Assembly (NCBI GenBank): GCA_965220085.1
Contig: CBDCOZ010000002.1
Span: 32,001 to 96,000, forward strand
DNA: 64,000 nucleotides
Direction: 5' to 3'
Source of the DNA: Candidatus Oxydemutatoraceae bacterium
GTDB taxonomy: Bacteria > Pseudomonadota > Gammaproteobacteria > Poriferisulfidales > Oxydemutatoraceae
Shown here in pieces: positions 24,970 to 37,767 of this stretch. Under the pieces are notes generated by a model, which was not told the DNA's origin, did not search any database, and saw only the letters and a list, made by a program, of their open reading frames with translations. A program made the position numbers and the translations under genes. Each line of letters begins with the position of its first letter. The first letter of the stretch is position 1.

Positions 24970-25191
24970 TTATCGGCCGCGTCTGACACTCTTCGCGCGG
25001 TTCTGGAGGTGTGCGTACCGCCGTTGCCGCTTCTTGGCGAGCAACAGTTTGCGCTTGCGAATCGTGGTGGGCTTTTCGTAGTATTCGCGCTTGCGAATTT
25101 CGGGCACAACGCCAGCCTTCTCGCAGGCGCGACGGAAACGCCGCAAGGCGATGTCAAATGGTTCGTGTTCTTTTACTGCTATGCTTGGCAC
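24970..25191 (-). CDS. rpsU: 30S ribosomal protein S21
   Basis: ALRRFRR.CEKAG...KREYYEKPT. Confidence 0.97.
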   Translation of the reverse strand: MPSIAVKEHEPFDIALRRFRRACEKAGVVPEIRKREYYEKPTTIRKRKLLLAKKRQRRYAHLQNRAKSVRRGR

Positions 25192-25519
25192 GGCGAATTC
25201 CTAATATGTCGGTTGGTCCAGATAAAAACAAAAGGCTATTATACAAACCCGACGCTTTGTTGCAACCTTTTTTATGGCGCCATGACATAGCGGACAGACG
25301 GGGCAACCGCTGTGGGGCGCTGGTGCGGCGACCATAGCGATGGTGCGTGTCGGGACAAGACGGCGCGCGCTGTGCTCTGCCGCCGCAGGGAGAAGGCAAG
25401 CGTCGGGGGGCGCAAAGAATGCGACAGATACAACGGCATGAATAATGCCAGAAGCATTCTGGATTTCTGGCATCATACAGGAGAAAAACAAAGCGGCGCA
25501 GCTGGTTTATAATGACTCC

Positions 25520-27372
25520 ATGCGAAAAGCCATAAAACCCATCCTTGTCTATTGTTTAAACCTCGCTGGTCGGGAGCTCAAATCGAAACGGCATATCAAG
25601 CAAATCAGACGACTCCTGCAACTCATAGCAGGCCAAACCCATACTCAAAAAATACAGCAAGCGATTGCAGACAGTAAGTATGTTCAGAAGATACGCCAAG
25701 CGATAGAACAGCAACAGTGGGACGCCGCCTGTGCGCTATGGACCAAAGTACACCGCGGCGAGCCGACAAAACTGACGGGTTCTGCCGAAGGGGAAAAGGC
25801 TCTGGCGCACTGCCGGCGTGAGAACGATACGGCCAAGCGATTGCTGAAGCAGGCCGAGGAACACGGGAAGCTCGATTACAACGCTTGCAAGGAAGGGGCA
25901 ATGATTATTGCCAATCATGCCATCACTCCGGTATTGCAAGAGCGACTGTTCCATGAATTAGCCCGCGCACTGATGGAGTCCGCCGCAGAAAACCGTGTGT
26001 TGTATCACGCGCTGTTTTTAGACCACGGCAAAGTGAACCTGTCTCAGAAACCCCACAAACGCGCTCCCTTCCGCTCGCAGTTGCGACAAATCTGGCTTGA
26101 GATGCCGCAGGACGATGACAATGTATTCTGGTTTGGGCTGGCCATGGGTTTTGTTGACGAAGAACCGACCGCATCGCAGGTTGAGAGCTTATTGCTGCTG
26201 GAACTTGCCAGGCTCGGGTGGCTGTTTTGTAATCATCCGTTTCATGCCAAAACCATAGCCTCCTTTCGCGCGTATGCGCGCGCGGCGACCGCGAACCCCG
26301 CCATGCTGAACACATTGCCCGAAGCAAGCCGCAACAAGCTGGGGATTGTGCTCGCGGGCATCGACTATGGTTTGCTGAACAAACTGCGCCATGTGTTGTT
26401 GCCGATGACCAAACAAGCCGTAACCCGCGGCAACGCCGTGCGCCCGAAGCGCAAACTGCGCATCGCGGTGTGCATCTCAGGCCAGTTGCGCGGCTACCGA
26501 CAGGTATTTGCGAGTTGGCATCACTTGGGGCTGGAACGTCACGATGCGGATTATTTCGTCCATGTCTGGCGGCGGATTGGCCGCAAGATTCCCCTGATAC
26601 CCAGCAAGGGTCATCTTCAACGGCTCTTTACGGACGCTTTTTGCGATGCGTATGCCGACGCCCTGAGACAGCACGGGGCGCGGGATTTAGAGCGCGCTTA
26701 CCCCGGATTCTTTCGTTTTTTCACCGCCGGCGGCGACTGTGTCACGCAAGCGGAATTACAACGCTTCTATCGCACCGATGCGGTGGTCGCAGAGGACGAT
26801 GCGGCGGCGCCGTTTTGCGAATTAATAACCCGAAAAAGATGTATTACAAAACGGAACAAGCGTATCGGCTGGCGCTGGAAAGCGGCAAAGACTATGACCT
26901 CATCCTCCGCATGCGCCCTGACAAAGAGGCATTGCCGCCGCGCGCGGCGATTGACTGGGGGAAAGTCTGCGAAGACTGCGAGCGTGATGCGATCATTTTT
27001 GCCGACGGGCCTCTGTACTTGGTCGGCAATCTGTCGCTGCCGGATCAGGTTGCCTGCGGCACCGCACACGGGATGGCGGCATACTCGACCGCCTTTTCCA
27101 AGACCGAGTCGGGGCAAGGCTTGATTGCCGAATACGTAAATCCGCGCTTTCAACAGCATCGGAACTTTGCCTATGCATTGCTGGAAGAAGGGTTTGGCGC
27201 CAGATCACTGTCGGAGGCGGGGGTGAGGTGGGGCGCTCTGCAGGACCCCGCGCGGCTGAGCGTTGCCGCAGTCAAAGCGTTGTTGCAACAAGACATCGGC
27301 AAGCGCAACAGCCACGAGTTGGATGCGATCTTTCTCGCCGCACTGGAAAAAGACCTCGCCGCCGAGGGCTAA
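25520..27372 (+). pseudogene. Frameshifted hypothetical protein with a glycosyltransferase-like IAVCISGQLR domain
   Basis: IAVCISGQLRG..DYFVHVW is in one frame and MYYK..YDLILRMRPD..DQ in another; one missing base near 26825 would join them. Confidence 0.6.
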
Positions 27373-27456
27373 CGCTCTGCGGCGGGCAACCTCGCGGATG
27401 CTCCCGCACGGGGGAGCGCATCGGTCGGCGCGAGCGCTTGTTGCAAGCGGAGCGTA

Positions 27457-28251
27457 TCAGTCGGTGCGCGGCGGGGCGAACGTGGCGACGACGGGGGTGT
27501 GGTCCGAGGGCTTATCCCAGCCCCTCGGTTCGCGATCCACCGCGCTTGTGATGCAGGTCTCGGCGAGCGGCGCGCTGGCCAATATCAAGTCTATGCGCAA
27601 GCCGTGATTCTTATTGAAACCGCCGCCGCGGTAATCCCACCAACTGAAGGTCTCGTCGGGGCGGTGCTGAAACAAGCGGAAGGTATCGACCAAGCCGAGT
27701 TGCAATAACTCGGCATATGCCGCCCGTTCTTTGTCGCTGCACAACAGCGCCCCTTCCCATTTGGCCGGATCGCACACATCCGCATCGGTCGGCGCGACAT
27801 TGAAGTCGCCCAAGACGATGCAGTTCGGATGGCGCGCCAGTTCGTCTTGCAAAAACGCGGCAAGGCCTTTGAGCCACTTCAGTTTGTATGCGTATTTTTC
27901 CGACCCCACTTCGGAACCGTTGACGACATACACATTTATAATGCGGATGCCGCCGACGGTGGCGGCGATGACGCGCTTGTCATCGCCGCTGTCCGGGAAG
28001 GCCGGTTGGCGCAGGACATCCTCCGGCTTGCCGAGTGCGAAAATGGCCACACCGTTGTACGCTTTCTGCCCGCAAAAGACGACGTTGTATCCGAGTTTCT
28101 CAAACGCTTGGGTGTCAAAGTTTGCATCTTCGGTTTTGGTCTCCTGCGCCGCCAGCACATCCGGTTTTGATTTGGCAAGCCAGTCCGACACATGCGCGCG
28201 TCGCGCCTGCAGAGAATTGACATTCCAGGACGCGATCTTCAGCGGAGACAC
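27457..28251 (-). CDS. xth: Exodeoxyribonuclease III
   Basis: SWNVNS, QETK, YNGVAI, GDFN, GLRID, SDH. Confidence 0.95.
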   Translation of the reverse strand: MSPLKIASWNVNSLQARRAHVSDWLAKSKPDVLAAQETKTEDANFDTQAFEKLGYNVVFCGQKAYNGVAIFALGKPEDVLRQPAFPDSGDDKRVIAATVGGIRIINVYVVNGSEVGSEKYAYKLKWLKGLAAFLQDELARHPNCIVLGDFNVAPTDADVCDPAKWEGALLCSDKERAAYAELLQLGLVDTFRLFQHRPDETFSWWDYRGGGFNKNHGLRIDLILASAPLAETCITSAVDREPRGWDKPSDHTPVVATFAPPRTD

Positions 28252-28257
28252 CGGCGG

Positions 28258-30678
<2,421 letters not shown>

Positions 30679-30721
30679 TTAGCGCACTAAGTGGTCTAGT
30701 GTACCATAAACGGTTATCAAA

Positions 30722-31000
30722 GTCGCCTCTTTTTTTGTATCTTTTTTTGCGGCATTATGTTCCATCTTTGCAGTGTCTCCAAATGCGCCGAGAGGAGCGA
30801 TGCCAATATGACCGGCGGCTGCCTTTTTCTATGCGGCATTGTGCTCCATCCTTCCGGTGTCTCCGAAGGCGTCGGGAGGAGCGTTGCCAATATGACGGGC
30901 CGCCTTTTTCTGTGTGGTTTTGCTTTCCATCCTTCCAGTATCTCCGAAGGCGTCGGGAAGGCGTGGTGCCAATATGACCGATGGTCGCCTTTTTCTGATA
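30722..31000. repeat. ~80-bp degenerate tandem repeat x3 upstream of gyrB
   Basis: TCCATC..TCTCC..GAG/GAAG..TGCCAATATGAC..GCCTTTTT recurs three times. Confidence 0.8.
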
Positions 31001-31059
31001 TGCGGGCGGAAAACTATATAATGCCCTGATAATACAATAAGATAGGCGGCTTCCTGCCA

Positions 31060-31280
31060 CGTCCGGCATCTGGCTCTGGGTCACCTCGCTATCTGGCGAC
31101 AGAGAACTGGCGGCAAAGCATGCCTCGTCTGGCGCCTGGGCTAGGATCACCCTTGGCTCACTCTTGGGCCACCTCGCTATCTGGCGGCAGAGAACTGGCG
31201 GCAAAGCATGCCTCGTCCGGCGCCTGGGCTAGAATCCCCCTTGGCTCACTCATGGGTTACTTTGGGATCACCTTGGGGTC
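31060..31280. repeat. ~88-bp tandem duplication immediately downstream of recF
   Basis: CACCTCGCTATCTGGCG.CAGAGAACTGGCGGCAAAGCATGCCTCGTC.GGCGCCTGGGCTAG at ~31082 and ~31170. Confidence 0.85.
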
Positions 31281-32341
31281 ACCCCGCTGTGTTTCACATG
31301 AAACACCCGATGAGAGCGCCACTCCTCAAGCGGAATATCATGGTTGATGCTGGTGAGAACCACCTGTTGCCCAAGCGCCTTGAGTTCGCCCATCGCCCAC
31401 GCCAGATATTCCGAATCCAACTCGGAGGTAAGGTCATCCACCAGCACAACGCAGTCGCGGCTGAACTCAGCGGTGAAATGCTTGATCTGGGCGAGGATGA
31501 GTGCCAGCGCCAGCACTTTCTCCTGCCCTCTGGAAACAACCCTTTTCGCCGAGCTCCCGTCCCAGTCAATAACGATGTCGGCGCGATGCGGGCCGAATCG
31601 CGTAGTCGCCCTTTGTTGATCCCCCTCCAGGCTTTCCTCCAAGACCGCCGACAGATCGCGCCCGTCCGCCCAGCCGCGGAAATACCGAACGCCGACCTCG
31701 CCTTTAGGCTTCGCCAACGCCAGGAGGGCTTGAATAGTGCGGGCTAACGAGGAAAAGTATTCCCGCCTTGCCACATCAATATCCCGCCCCAGTGCCCCCA
31801 TTTGCTCGCTCCAGTGCTTCATGTCCGGCGCGGCAGGGTTCGTCTTTAGCAACGCATTGCGGTTTGCCAAGCACTTTTGGTACTTGCTCCATATGCCAAA
31901 GAAGTCATGTTTCACATGAAACACCCCCCAGTCCAGATAGCGGCGGCGACCGGATGCGCTGCCGTGAATCAGCGCATGGCTCTCCGGATGGAAAGACCGC
32001 ACCGGCAACAGGCGGGCGGCAGCGGCCATGCCGGCCAACGGTTCGCCGTCTAAAAATGCCTCTGTCCCGCCAGCTATGCTTTTTCTGACGAGAATCGTTT
32101 TGTGCTTGGATATGTCGGTCAGGCGTACGCTGACGGTCAGGCGGTCGCAACCGTTTTTTATCAGGTCTGCTTTGTAGCGGGTGCGAAAGCTGGTGCCGCG
32201 CGACAGGATATCGATCGCTTCAAGCAGCGTCGTTTTGCCCGACCCGTTCGGGCCGCAAAAGAGATTGAGCCCGGGGTCGAGGTCGGCATGGATATTATTG
32301 AAACACCGGAGTTTTTCTGCGAAAAGGGCGCGTATCGGCAC
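31268..32341 (-). CDS. recF: DNA replication/repair protein RecF
   Basis: GPNGSGKT, RR.YLDWG, GPHRAD, SRGQ, DDLTSELD; position between dnaN and gyrB. Confidence 0.96.
   Translation of the reverse strand: MPIRALFAEKLRCFNNIHADLDPGLNLFCGPNGSGKTTLLEAIDILSRGTSFRTRYKADLIKNGCDRLTVSVRLTDISKHKTILVRKSIAGGTEAFLDGEPLAGMAAAARLLPVRSFHPESHALIHGSASGRRRYLDWGVFHVKHDFFGIWSKYQKCLANRNALLKTNPAAPDMKHWSEQMGALGRDIDVARREYFSSLARTIQALLALAKPKGEVGVRYFRGWADGRDLSAVLEESLEGDQQRATTRFGPHRADIVIDWDGSSAKRVVSRGQEKVLALALILAQIKHFTAEFSRDCVVLVDDLTSELDSEYLAWAMGELKALGQQVVLTSINHDIPLEEWRSHRVFHVKHSGVTPR
31290..31305. promoter_or_regulatory. parS site
   Basis: TGTTTCACATGAAACA, one mismatch to the consensus TGTTTCACGTGAAACA. Confidence 0.85.
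31908..31923. promoter_or_regulatory. parS site
   Basis: Second identical TGTTTCACATGAAACA inside recF. Confidence 0.85.
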
Positions 32342-32342
32342 A

Positions 32343-33503
32343 TCACAGGCGCAACGGCATCACGACATAATCGTCGTTCCCGCCACCGTCGCCAATGATT
32401 CGGATGGCATCCAGCGCGTCCTGCATTTGCAGAATGACCTTCTCCGTATCCACCGCTTTCATCACCTCGACCAGAAACCGCAGATTGAAGCCGGACATGA
32501 GGTCATCCCCCTCAAAGGCCACTTCCTGCTCGACTTCCGCCGTATCGCCGCCGATAGATTCGGTCTGCAAGACGACCTTTTCACCGGAAAAGGAAAGTTT
32601 CACGCTGTGGTCGTTGCGCGCCGAATCGGTCACCAGAATGGCAGCCGAGCGCATCAGCGAACTGAGCATATCTTGCCGGTCAATCGTTGCCTTGCGGGTG
32701 GATTTCTGCGGGATAACACGCTGATAATCCGGAAACTTGCCGCTCAAGACTTTCGCGATAATAAAGGTATTTTCGTCAAAGATAACCTTGACTTGCCGCT
32801 TGCCAATCTGAATGACGACCGGCGCATCGTCGCTGCCCCCCAACCCTTTTTCAATCTCCAGGACAAGTTGCCGCGGCAGGATGGCATCGACTTTCTCCTT
32901 GCTTGTCTGCTCCACTTTCATGATGCTACGGGCGAGGCGGTGGCCATCGGTTGCAACCGCCGACAACTGGTCGCCATCGTGCTCCAGTAACAAGCCATTC
33001 AGGTAGTGCCTCGGATCGTGCTCACCCATAGAAAACGACACCTTGGCGAACATGTTCGCGAGGTCATCCTGACGCAGTGTGAGTTCGCATTGGGCCGGTT
33101 CTTCTTCCGCATCGGGAAAGCCCTCAACAGGCAAACTTTGCAACTTGTAGCGGCTTTTGTCACCCGGAAAGGTCACATCCACCTGGCACGCCATCGCCTC
33201 TTGCTCCTCATCCTCTTTTTCGAAGAAGTTAAGCGATATTTCTGGCTTTTCTGCCGAATTTCGCGCTATTTCGTACACTTTTTGGATGGGAAACAGCACT
33301 TCGGCCGGCTCCTCAACCTGAATGTTCGTGCAACGGCAACTCAACACATCGATAAAGGAACCGAAGCTGACGAAGCGACACGCCCCGTCTTCGGGAATGA
33401 TCTTGGCCATGACCTTGTGGGACTCGATGGCCTTGCCGTCGATAATCTTGCGCAAGCGCGAAAGGATGTCGACGAAGTCGGAAGTGGGTAATGTTATTCG
33501 CAT
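32343..33503 (-). CDS. dnaN: DNA polymerase III beta sliding clamp
   Basis: R.YLNG, VATDGHRL, GKFPDYQRVIP, VVMPLRL; start taken at MRITL. Confidence 0.95.
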   Translation of the reverse strand: MRITLPTSDFVDILSRLRKIIDGKAIESHKVMAKIIPEDGACRFVSFGSFIDVLSCRCTNIQVEEPAEVLFPIQKVYEIARNSAEKPEISLNFFEKEDEEQEAMACQVDVTFPGDKSRYKLQSLPVEGFPDAEEEPAQCELTLRQDDLANMFAKVSFSMGEHDPRHYLNGLLLEHDGDQLSAVATDGHRLARSIMKVEQTSKEKVDAILPRQLVLEIEKGLGGSDDAPVVIQIGKRQVKVIFDENTFIIAKVLSGKFPDYQRVIPQKSTRKATIDRQDMLSSLMRSAAILVTDSARNDHSVKLSFSGEKVVLQTESIGGDTAEVEQEVAFEGDDLMSGFNLRFLVEVMKAVDTEKVILQMQDALDAIRIIGDGGGNDDYVVMPLRL

Positions 33504-33668
33504 AGTATTAATATATAGGTTATCAAGCTTATTGTTGTTATAACATGAAAAGTCTGTGGATAAAACCCCTGCGGCTTTTTCCACTGCGTTCTCTCACTCT
33601 CATCCCGTTGTGGATACCAGCTTGGATGAATTGTGAGTTGTGAGTTATGCCCGGTTTGCTCATATGTT
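33504..33668. promoter_or_regulatory. Candidate oriC (dnaA-dnaN intergenic region)
   Basis: Perfect DnaA box TGTGGATAA at 33555-33563, near-match TGTGGATAC at 33609, AT-rich stretch at 33504-33545. Confidence 0.6.
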
Positions 33669-34991
33669 TTATGCAGTTAGTTCTTGTCGCAGGCGCATAA
33701 AAGCATTGTCAAGTTTCGGATCTTGTTTGCGAGAGATGGCCACCTTTCTGCACGCATAGAGCACCGTCGTATGGTCACGGCCGCCGAACGCTTCGCCGAT
33801 TGTCGGCAAGCTCGCCTGCGTGACATCTTTTGCAAGAGCCATGGCCATCTGCCGCGGGAAGACGATGATCTTCTTGCGGCTCTTTGACAACAAGTCGGCG
33901 ACGCGAAGATTATAAAACTGTGCGATGATCTTCTGCACATCTTCAATCGTGACCGCGCGGCGGTGCGACGCGAAGGCATCTCGCAGCGAGCTTTTAACCA
34001 ACGCCAGCGTTACCGGAGAAGCCAACGCCGTCGCGCTCGCGTACACCCGCCGCACCGCGCCTTCCAACTCGCGGATATTGGAATCAATGTTCTTCGCGAT
34101 GAAGAACGCGATATCCTGATCCATTTCCGAACCCAGGAGGGTGGCTTTGTTTTGCACGATGGCCACGCGCGTTTCAAGGTCCGGCGCTTCTATCGATTGC
34201 GTGAGTCCGCAACCGAACCGTGATCTCAACCGCTCTTGCAAACCGACGAGATCTTTCGGGTAACGATCACACGTCATAACGACTTGCTTTTTGCTTTGCA
34301 TCAGCGTGTTGAAGGTGTGAAAAAACTCTTCCTGACTTTGCTCCTTGCCGCTGAAGAACTGAACATCGTCAATGAGCAACACATCGATAGAGCGATAGAA
34401 CTTCTTGAATTTGTCCATCTTATTTTCCCGCAGCGCGCGCACCATATCGTGCACGAAGCGTTCCGAACTCATGTACAAAACGCGCGCGTTAGGATCCTTG
34501 CGCACGATTTCATTTCCGATCGCGTGCATCAAATGTGTCTTGCCAAGACCGACATCGCTGTAGAGAAAAAACGGATTCGCAACCGTGCCGGGATTGTTTG
34601 AAACTTGTTGCGCGGCAGCCTTTGCAATCTGGTTTGACTTGCCCTCGACAAAGGAATCAAGAGTCTGGTGCTGGTTCAAAAAAGAAGCCAATTTCTGCCG
34701 GTGCGACGCCTCTTCAAGGTGTTGATTATCCAGGCTTTTATCCACCTCTTTAAGCCCCTGAACAGAGACGCTCATACGCAGTTTAACCGACTTGTTTGTG
34801 GACAGTCTCAGCGTTTCTTGAATGGTTGTAAAACAGTTTTCTTTTACCCACGTCGCGATAGCTCCGTTCGGCGCGACGAGGTTCAAACTGTCATCGGCTT
34901 CGTATACTTCGAGCGGATGAACCCACATGTTCATGTCCTCTTCTTTGAGTTGACTTTCAAGTGTCTTCACACACTCTTGCCACAAATTCAT
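33669..34991 (-). CDS. dnaA: Chromosomal replication initiator DnaA
   Basis: NPFFLY..VGLGKTH, LLIDDVQF, QEEFFHTFN, NIRELEGA, FGGRDHTTV; ATG 34991 with AAGGAG RBS. Confidence 0.98.
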   Translation of the reverse strand: MNLWQECVKTLESQLKEEDMNMWVHPLEVYEADDSLNLVAPNGAIATWVKENCFTTIQETLRLSTNKSVKLRMSVSVQGLKEVDKSLDNQHLEEASHRQKLASFLNQHQTLDSFVEGKSNQIAKAAAQQVSNNPGTVANPFFLYSDVGLGKTHLMHAIGNEIVRKDPNARVLYMSSERFVHDMVRALRENKMDKFKKFYRSIDVLLIDDVQFFSGKEQSQEEFFHTFNTLMQSKKQVVMTCDRYPKDLVGLQERLRSRFGCGLTQSIEAPDLETRVAIVQNKATLLGSEMDQDIAFFIAKNIDSNIRELEGAVRRVYASATALASPVTLALVKSSLRDAFASHRRAVTIEDVQKIIAQFYNLRVADLLSKSRKKIIVFPRQMAMALAKDVTQASLPTIGEAFGGRDHTTVLYACRKVAISRKQDPKLDNAFMRLRQELTA

Positions 34992-35069
34992 AATAAAAAT
35001 TCTCCTTAAAAGTTTGTTACTTTGTGCTGTTGTCAGGATGACAACACATGCATAGATTAAACGTAAAAT

Positions 35070-35150
35070 GAACTTTGTCCACCCCCCTATAAAAGAGTTT
35101 GATACGCCAAGAGAAAATATTTTTTCTGTGCACAAACTGTGGAAAAAACA
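35070..35150. promoter_or_regulatory. DnaA-box-like cluster upstream of dnaA
   Basis: TTGTCCACC, TGTGCACAA, TGTGGAAAA. Confidence 0.5.
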
Positions 35151-35567
35151 CGTTTGCATGACCGTTTATCTTGAAAAATATACCGTTCGTCAGAAAAAAT
35201 CTTCTCACCTGATTGATTTAAATTTCATTACTGTATCCGAGAGAATTGCATCCCCCGGTTAAATGTGTTGTTAAATTGAATGTCATCACCGCACCCCAGA
35301 GTTGCGCCACCGTCTGTAAATAATCAGAGCGCCCGCCGGTTAAAAAGTTACCGGCCCCGCAGACTCAGGCAAGCGCGCCTGTGCCGTGATAAAAAACTTG
35401 ATTTTTGCCGAGGCATCTGCTTTAATCATCTGTCCGCTCCCGTTGGAGGGATGCCCAAAGCGTGGGGGCGGGAATGTGAGCGAGGCGCAACAAGGCCATA
35501 TTATAACAGGGACCCGGACTGTGGCATTTGCCAAAAACGGAGCCAGCCATTACAATCAGCGGCACTT

Positions 35568-35702
35568 ATGAAAAGAACATTTCAACCAAGCAACATCAAG
35601 AGGAAGCGCACCCACGGCTTTCGCGCGCGGATGCGCACGAAAGCGGGTCGCGCTGTTCTCAACGCTCGCCGTCGCAAAGGCAGAGCTCGGTTAATCCCCT
35701 GA
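35568..35702 (+). CDS. rpmH: 50S ribosomal protein L34
   Basis: [22 protein letters not shown]. Confidence 0.98.
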   Translation: MKRTFQPSNIKRKRTHGFRARMRTKAGRAVLNARRRKGRARLIP

Positions 35703-35707
35703 TTGTT

Positions 35708-36073
35708 TTGTCGTCAAGACACAGCGAGAAGTTTGGTCGTGAACATCGCCTGCGCAAAGCGACCGAGTACAAAACCATTTTGGACAAGCGGTCAACGAGC
35801 GACAAAACCATCGCCCGCCGATTCGTTTTTTTTGCGCGCGACAACACGCACGACACCGCCCGGCTTGGCATCGCGGTGGGAACGCGAGCGCTGAAAAGAG
35901 CCGTTCACCGCAACCGGATAAAGAGGATGGTGCGCGAAAGTTTCCGCAAAAACAGATACCGCCTGCCGGCGCGCGATTATGTCGTCATCTGCCGAGGCGG
36001 TCAGCCGCCGCGACTTCCCGGTTGTCGCGAAGCGCTGAAGTCATTCTGGGACACACAAGCGGGAGGCGCGTGA
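35708..36073 (+). CDS. rnpA: Ribonuclease P protein component
   Basis: RLGIAV...KRAVHRNRIKR..RESFR; start uncertain (TTG). Confidence 0.93.
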   Translation: MSSRHSEKFGREHRLRKATEYKTILDKRSTSDKTIARRFVFFARDNTHDTARLGIAVGTRALKRAVHRNRIKRMVRESFRKNRYRLPARDYVVICRGGQPPRLPGCREALKSFWDTQAGGA

Positions 36074-37767
36074 TGGGTAATCCGCGCCTGCTTCTGTATC
36101 TGTCGCTTGGGCTTGTCCTGTTCTTGCTTTGGACACGCTGGCAGGAGTGGAACGCTCCGCAACGTGCCGAAGAGCCGCCGCCCGTCTCGCAAGCGACGCA
36201 ACCGCCGGCGCAAGCGGAGGGAGGCGCTGTCGTCGATACGGTGCGCGATGACATGCCGAGCGCGGTCGCCGCGCGCGACGGCGAAGCGAGCGCCGCGCCG
36301 CAGCAATCGCCGCGACAATCGCAAAGCGATACGCTGGTCGTGACCACCGACTTGATGCGCGTGGAGATAGATACGCGCGGCGGAGATGTGACGAGCCTTG
36401 AGTTGTTGCAAGTGCCGATAGATTCCGAGCACAAAGACATTCCCTATCGCTTGCTTGCCGCTCGCGACCCGCGCTACATCATTCAATCGGGATTGTTGCA
36501 CGATCAAACCGGCGATGTGTCGCCGGAGGAGTTGAGCGCGCTGGCGCCGTCGCACCATGCGAACTATGAGATAGACGTATCCGAAGTGACGTTGCGCGAT
36601 GGCGCCGACACCGTGACCGCAACATTGCATTGGCGCAACGACACCGGCATCACGGTCAAAAAAGAATACGCGTTTCATCGCGGTCAATACAGTTTTGACG
36701 TGACCCACACGGTGCGCAACCGTTCGGCGACGACCTGGATCGGGCGGCAGTATCGACAGGTGCGCCGCGCCCCGCCGACCGATGAGTCGGCGCTCATCTA
36801 TACGTTTACCGGCGGCGCGTATTACGACGGCAAATACAACAAGGTCTCGTTTGAAGAGATGGACGAAGCCGCGTTGTCGCAGACGGTTCGCGGCGGCTGG
36901 GTGGCGATGTTGCAACATTACTTCTTCAGCGCGTTGCTGGCGGACACAAAAACCGACAGCGACATCTACACCCGTTCGGTGCAAGGCGACCACAGCCGGG
37001 AGTACATCATCGGCCTGCGTTCGCAAGCCTTGCGCATCGGCCCGGGCGATACGATGCAATTTGGCGGGCGCATTTTTTCCGGGCCAAAGATTCAAAACCA
37101 ACTCAGCGACATCGCGCCCGGGCTGGAGTTGGTAACCGACTACGGCATCTTCTCGGTGATTTCAAAACCGCTGTTCTGGTTGCTCGACAAATTCTTTTTG
37201 CTATCCGGCAACTGGGCGGTTGCGATCATCCTGCTGACGCTTTTGATTAAGCTCGTCTTCTACAAATTATCCGAGACAAGTTACAAATCCATGGCGCGCA
37301 TGCGCAAGTTGCAACCGAGCATCCTCGCCATGCGCGACCGCTACAAAGACGACCGTCAACAGATGCAAAAAGCGATGATGGAGTTTTACCGCAAAGAGAA
37401 GATCAACCCGCTCGGCGGCTGCCTGCCGATTCTGGTGCAGATACCGGTGTTCATCGCCCTGTACTGGGTGTTGCTGGAAAGCGTGGAGTTGCGTCAGGCG
37501 CCGTTTGTGCTGTGGATACAAGACCTCTCGGTGCGCGATCCGTATTTCGTTCTGCCCTTGCTGATGGGCGGCACGATGCTGATTCAGACCAAGTTGAACC
37601 CGACGCCGCCGGATCCGATACAGGCGCGCGTGATGATGTTGTTGCCGATCATATTCACCGCCTTCTTTGCGTTCTTCCCGGCCGGGCTGGTGCTGTACTG
37701 GCTCGTCAACAACGTTCTTTCCATTGCGCAACAGTGGGTCATCAACCGGCGGATCGCACAAGCATAG
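36073..37767 (+). CDS. yidC: Membrane protein insertase YidC
   Basis: QHYF, DYG, KINPLGGCLP.LVQIPVF.ALY, FPAGLVLYW.VNN. Confidence 0.97.
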   Translation: MGNPRLLLYLSLGLVLFLLWTRWQEWNAPQRAEEPPPVSQATQPPAQAEGGAVVDTVRDDMPSAVAARDGEASAAPQQSPRQSQSDTLVVTTDLMRVEIDTRGGDVTSLELLQVPIDSEHKDIPYRLLAARDPRYIIQSGLLHDQTGDVSPEELSALAPSHHANYEIDVSEVTLRDGADTVTATLHWRNDTGITVKKEYAFHRGQYSFDVTHTVRNRSATTWIGRQYRQVRRAPPTDESALIYTFTGGAYYDGKYNKVSFEEMDEAALSQTVRGGWVAMLQHYFFSALLADTKTDSDIYTRSVQGDHSREYIIGLRSQALRIGPGDTMQFGGRIFSGPKIQNQLSDIAPGLELVTDYGIFSVISKPLFWLLDKFFLLSGNWAVAIILLTLLIKLVFYKLSETSYKSMARMRKLQPSILAMRDRYKDDRQQMQKAMMEFYRKEKINPLGGCLPILVQIPVFIALYWVLLESVELRQAPFVLWIQDLSVRDPYFVLPLLMGGTMLIQTKLNPTPPDPIQARVMMLLPIIFTAFFAFFPAGLVLYWLVNNVLSIAQQWVINRRIAQA

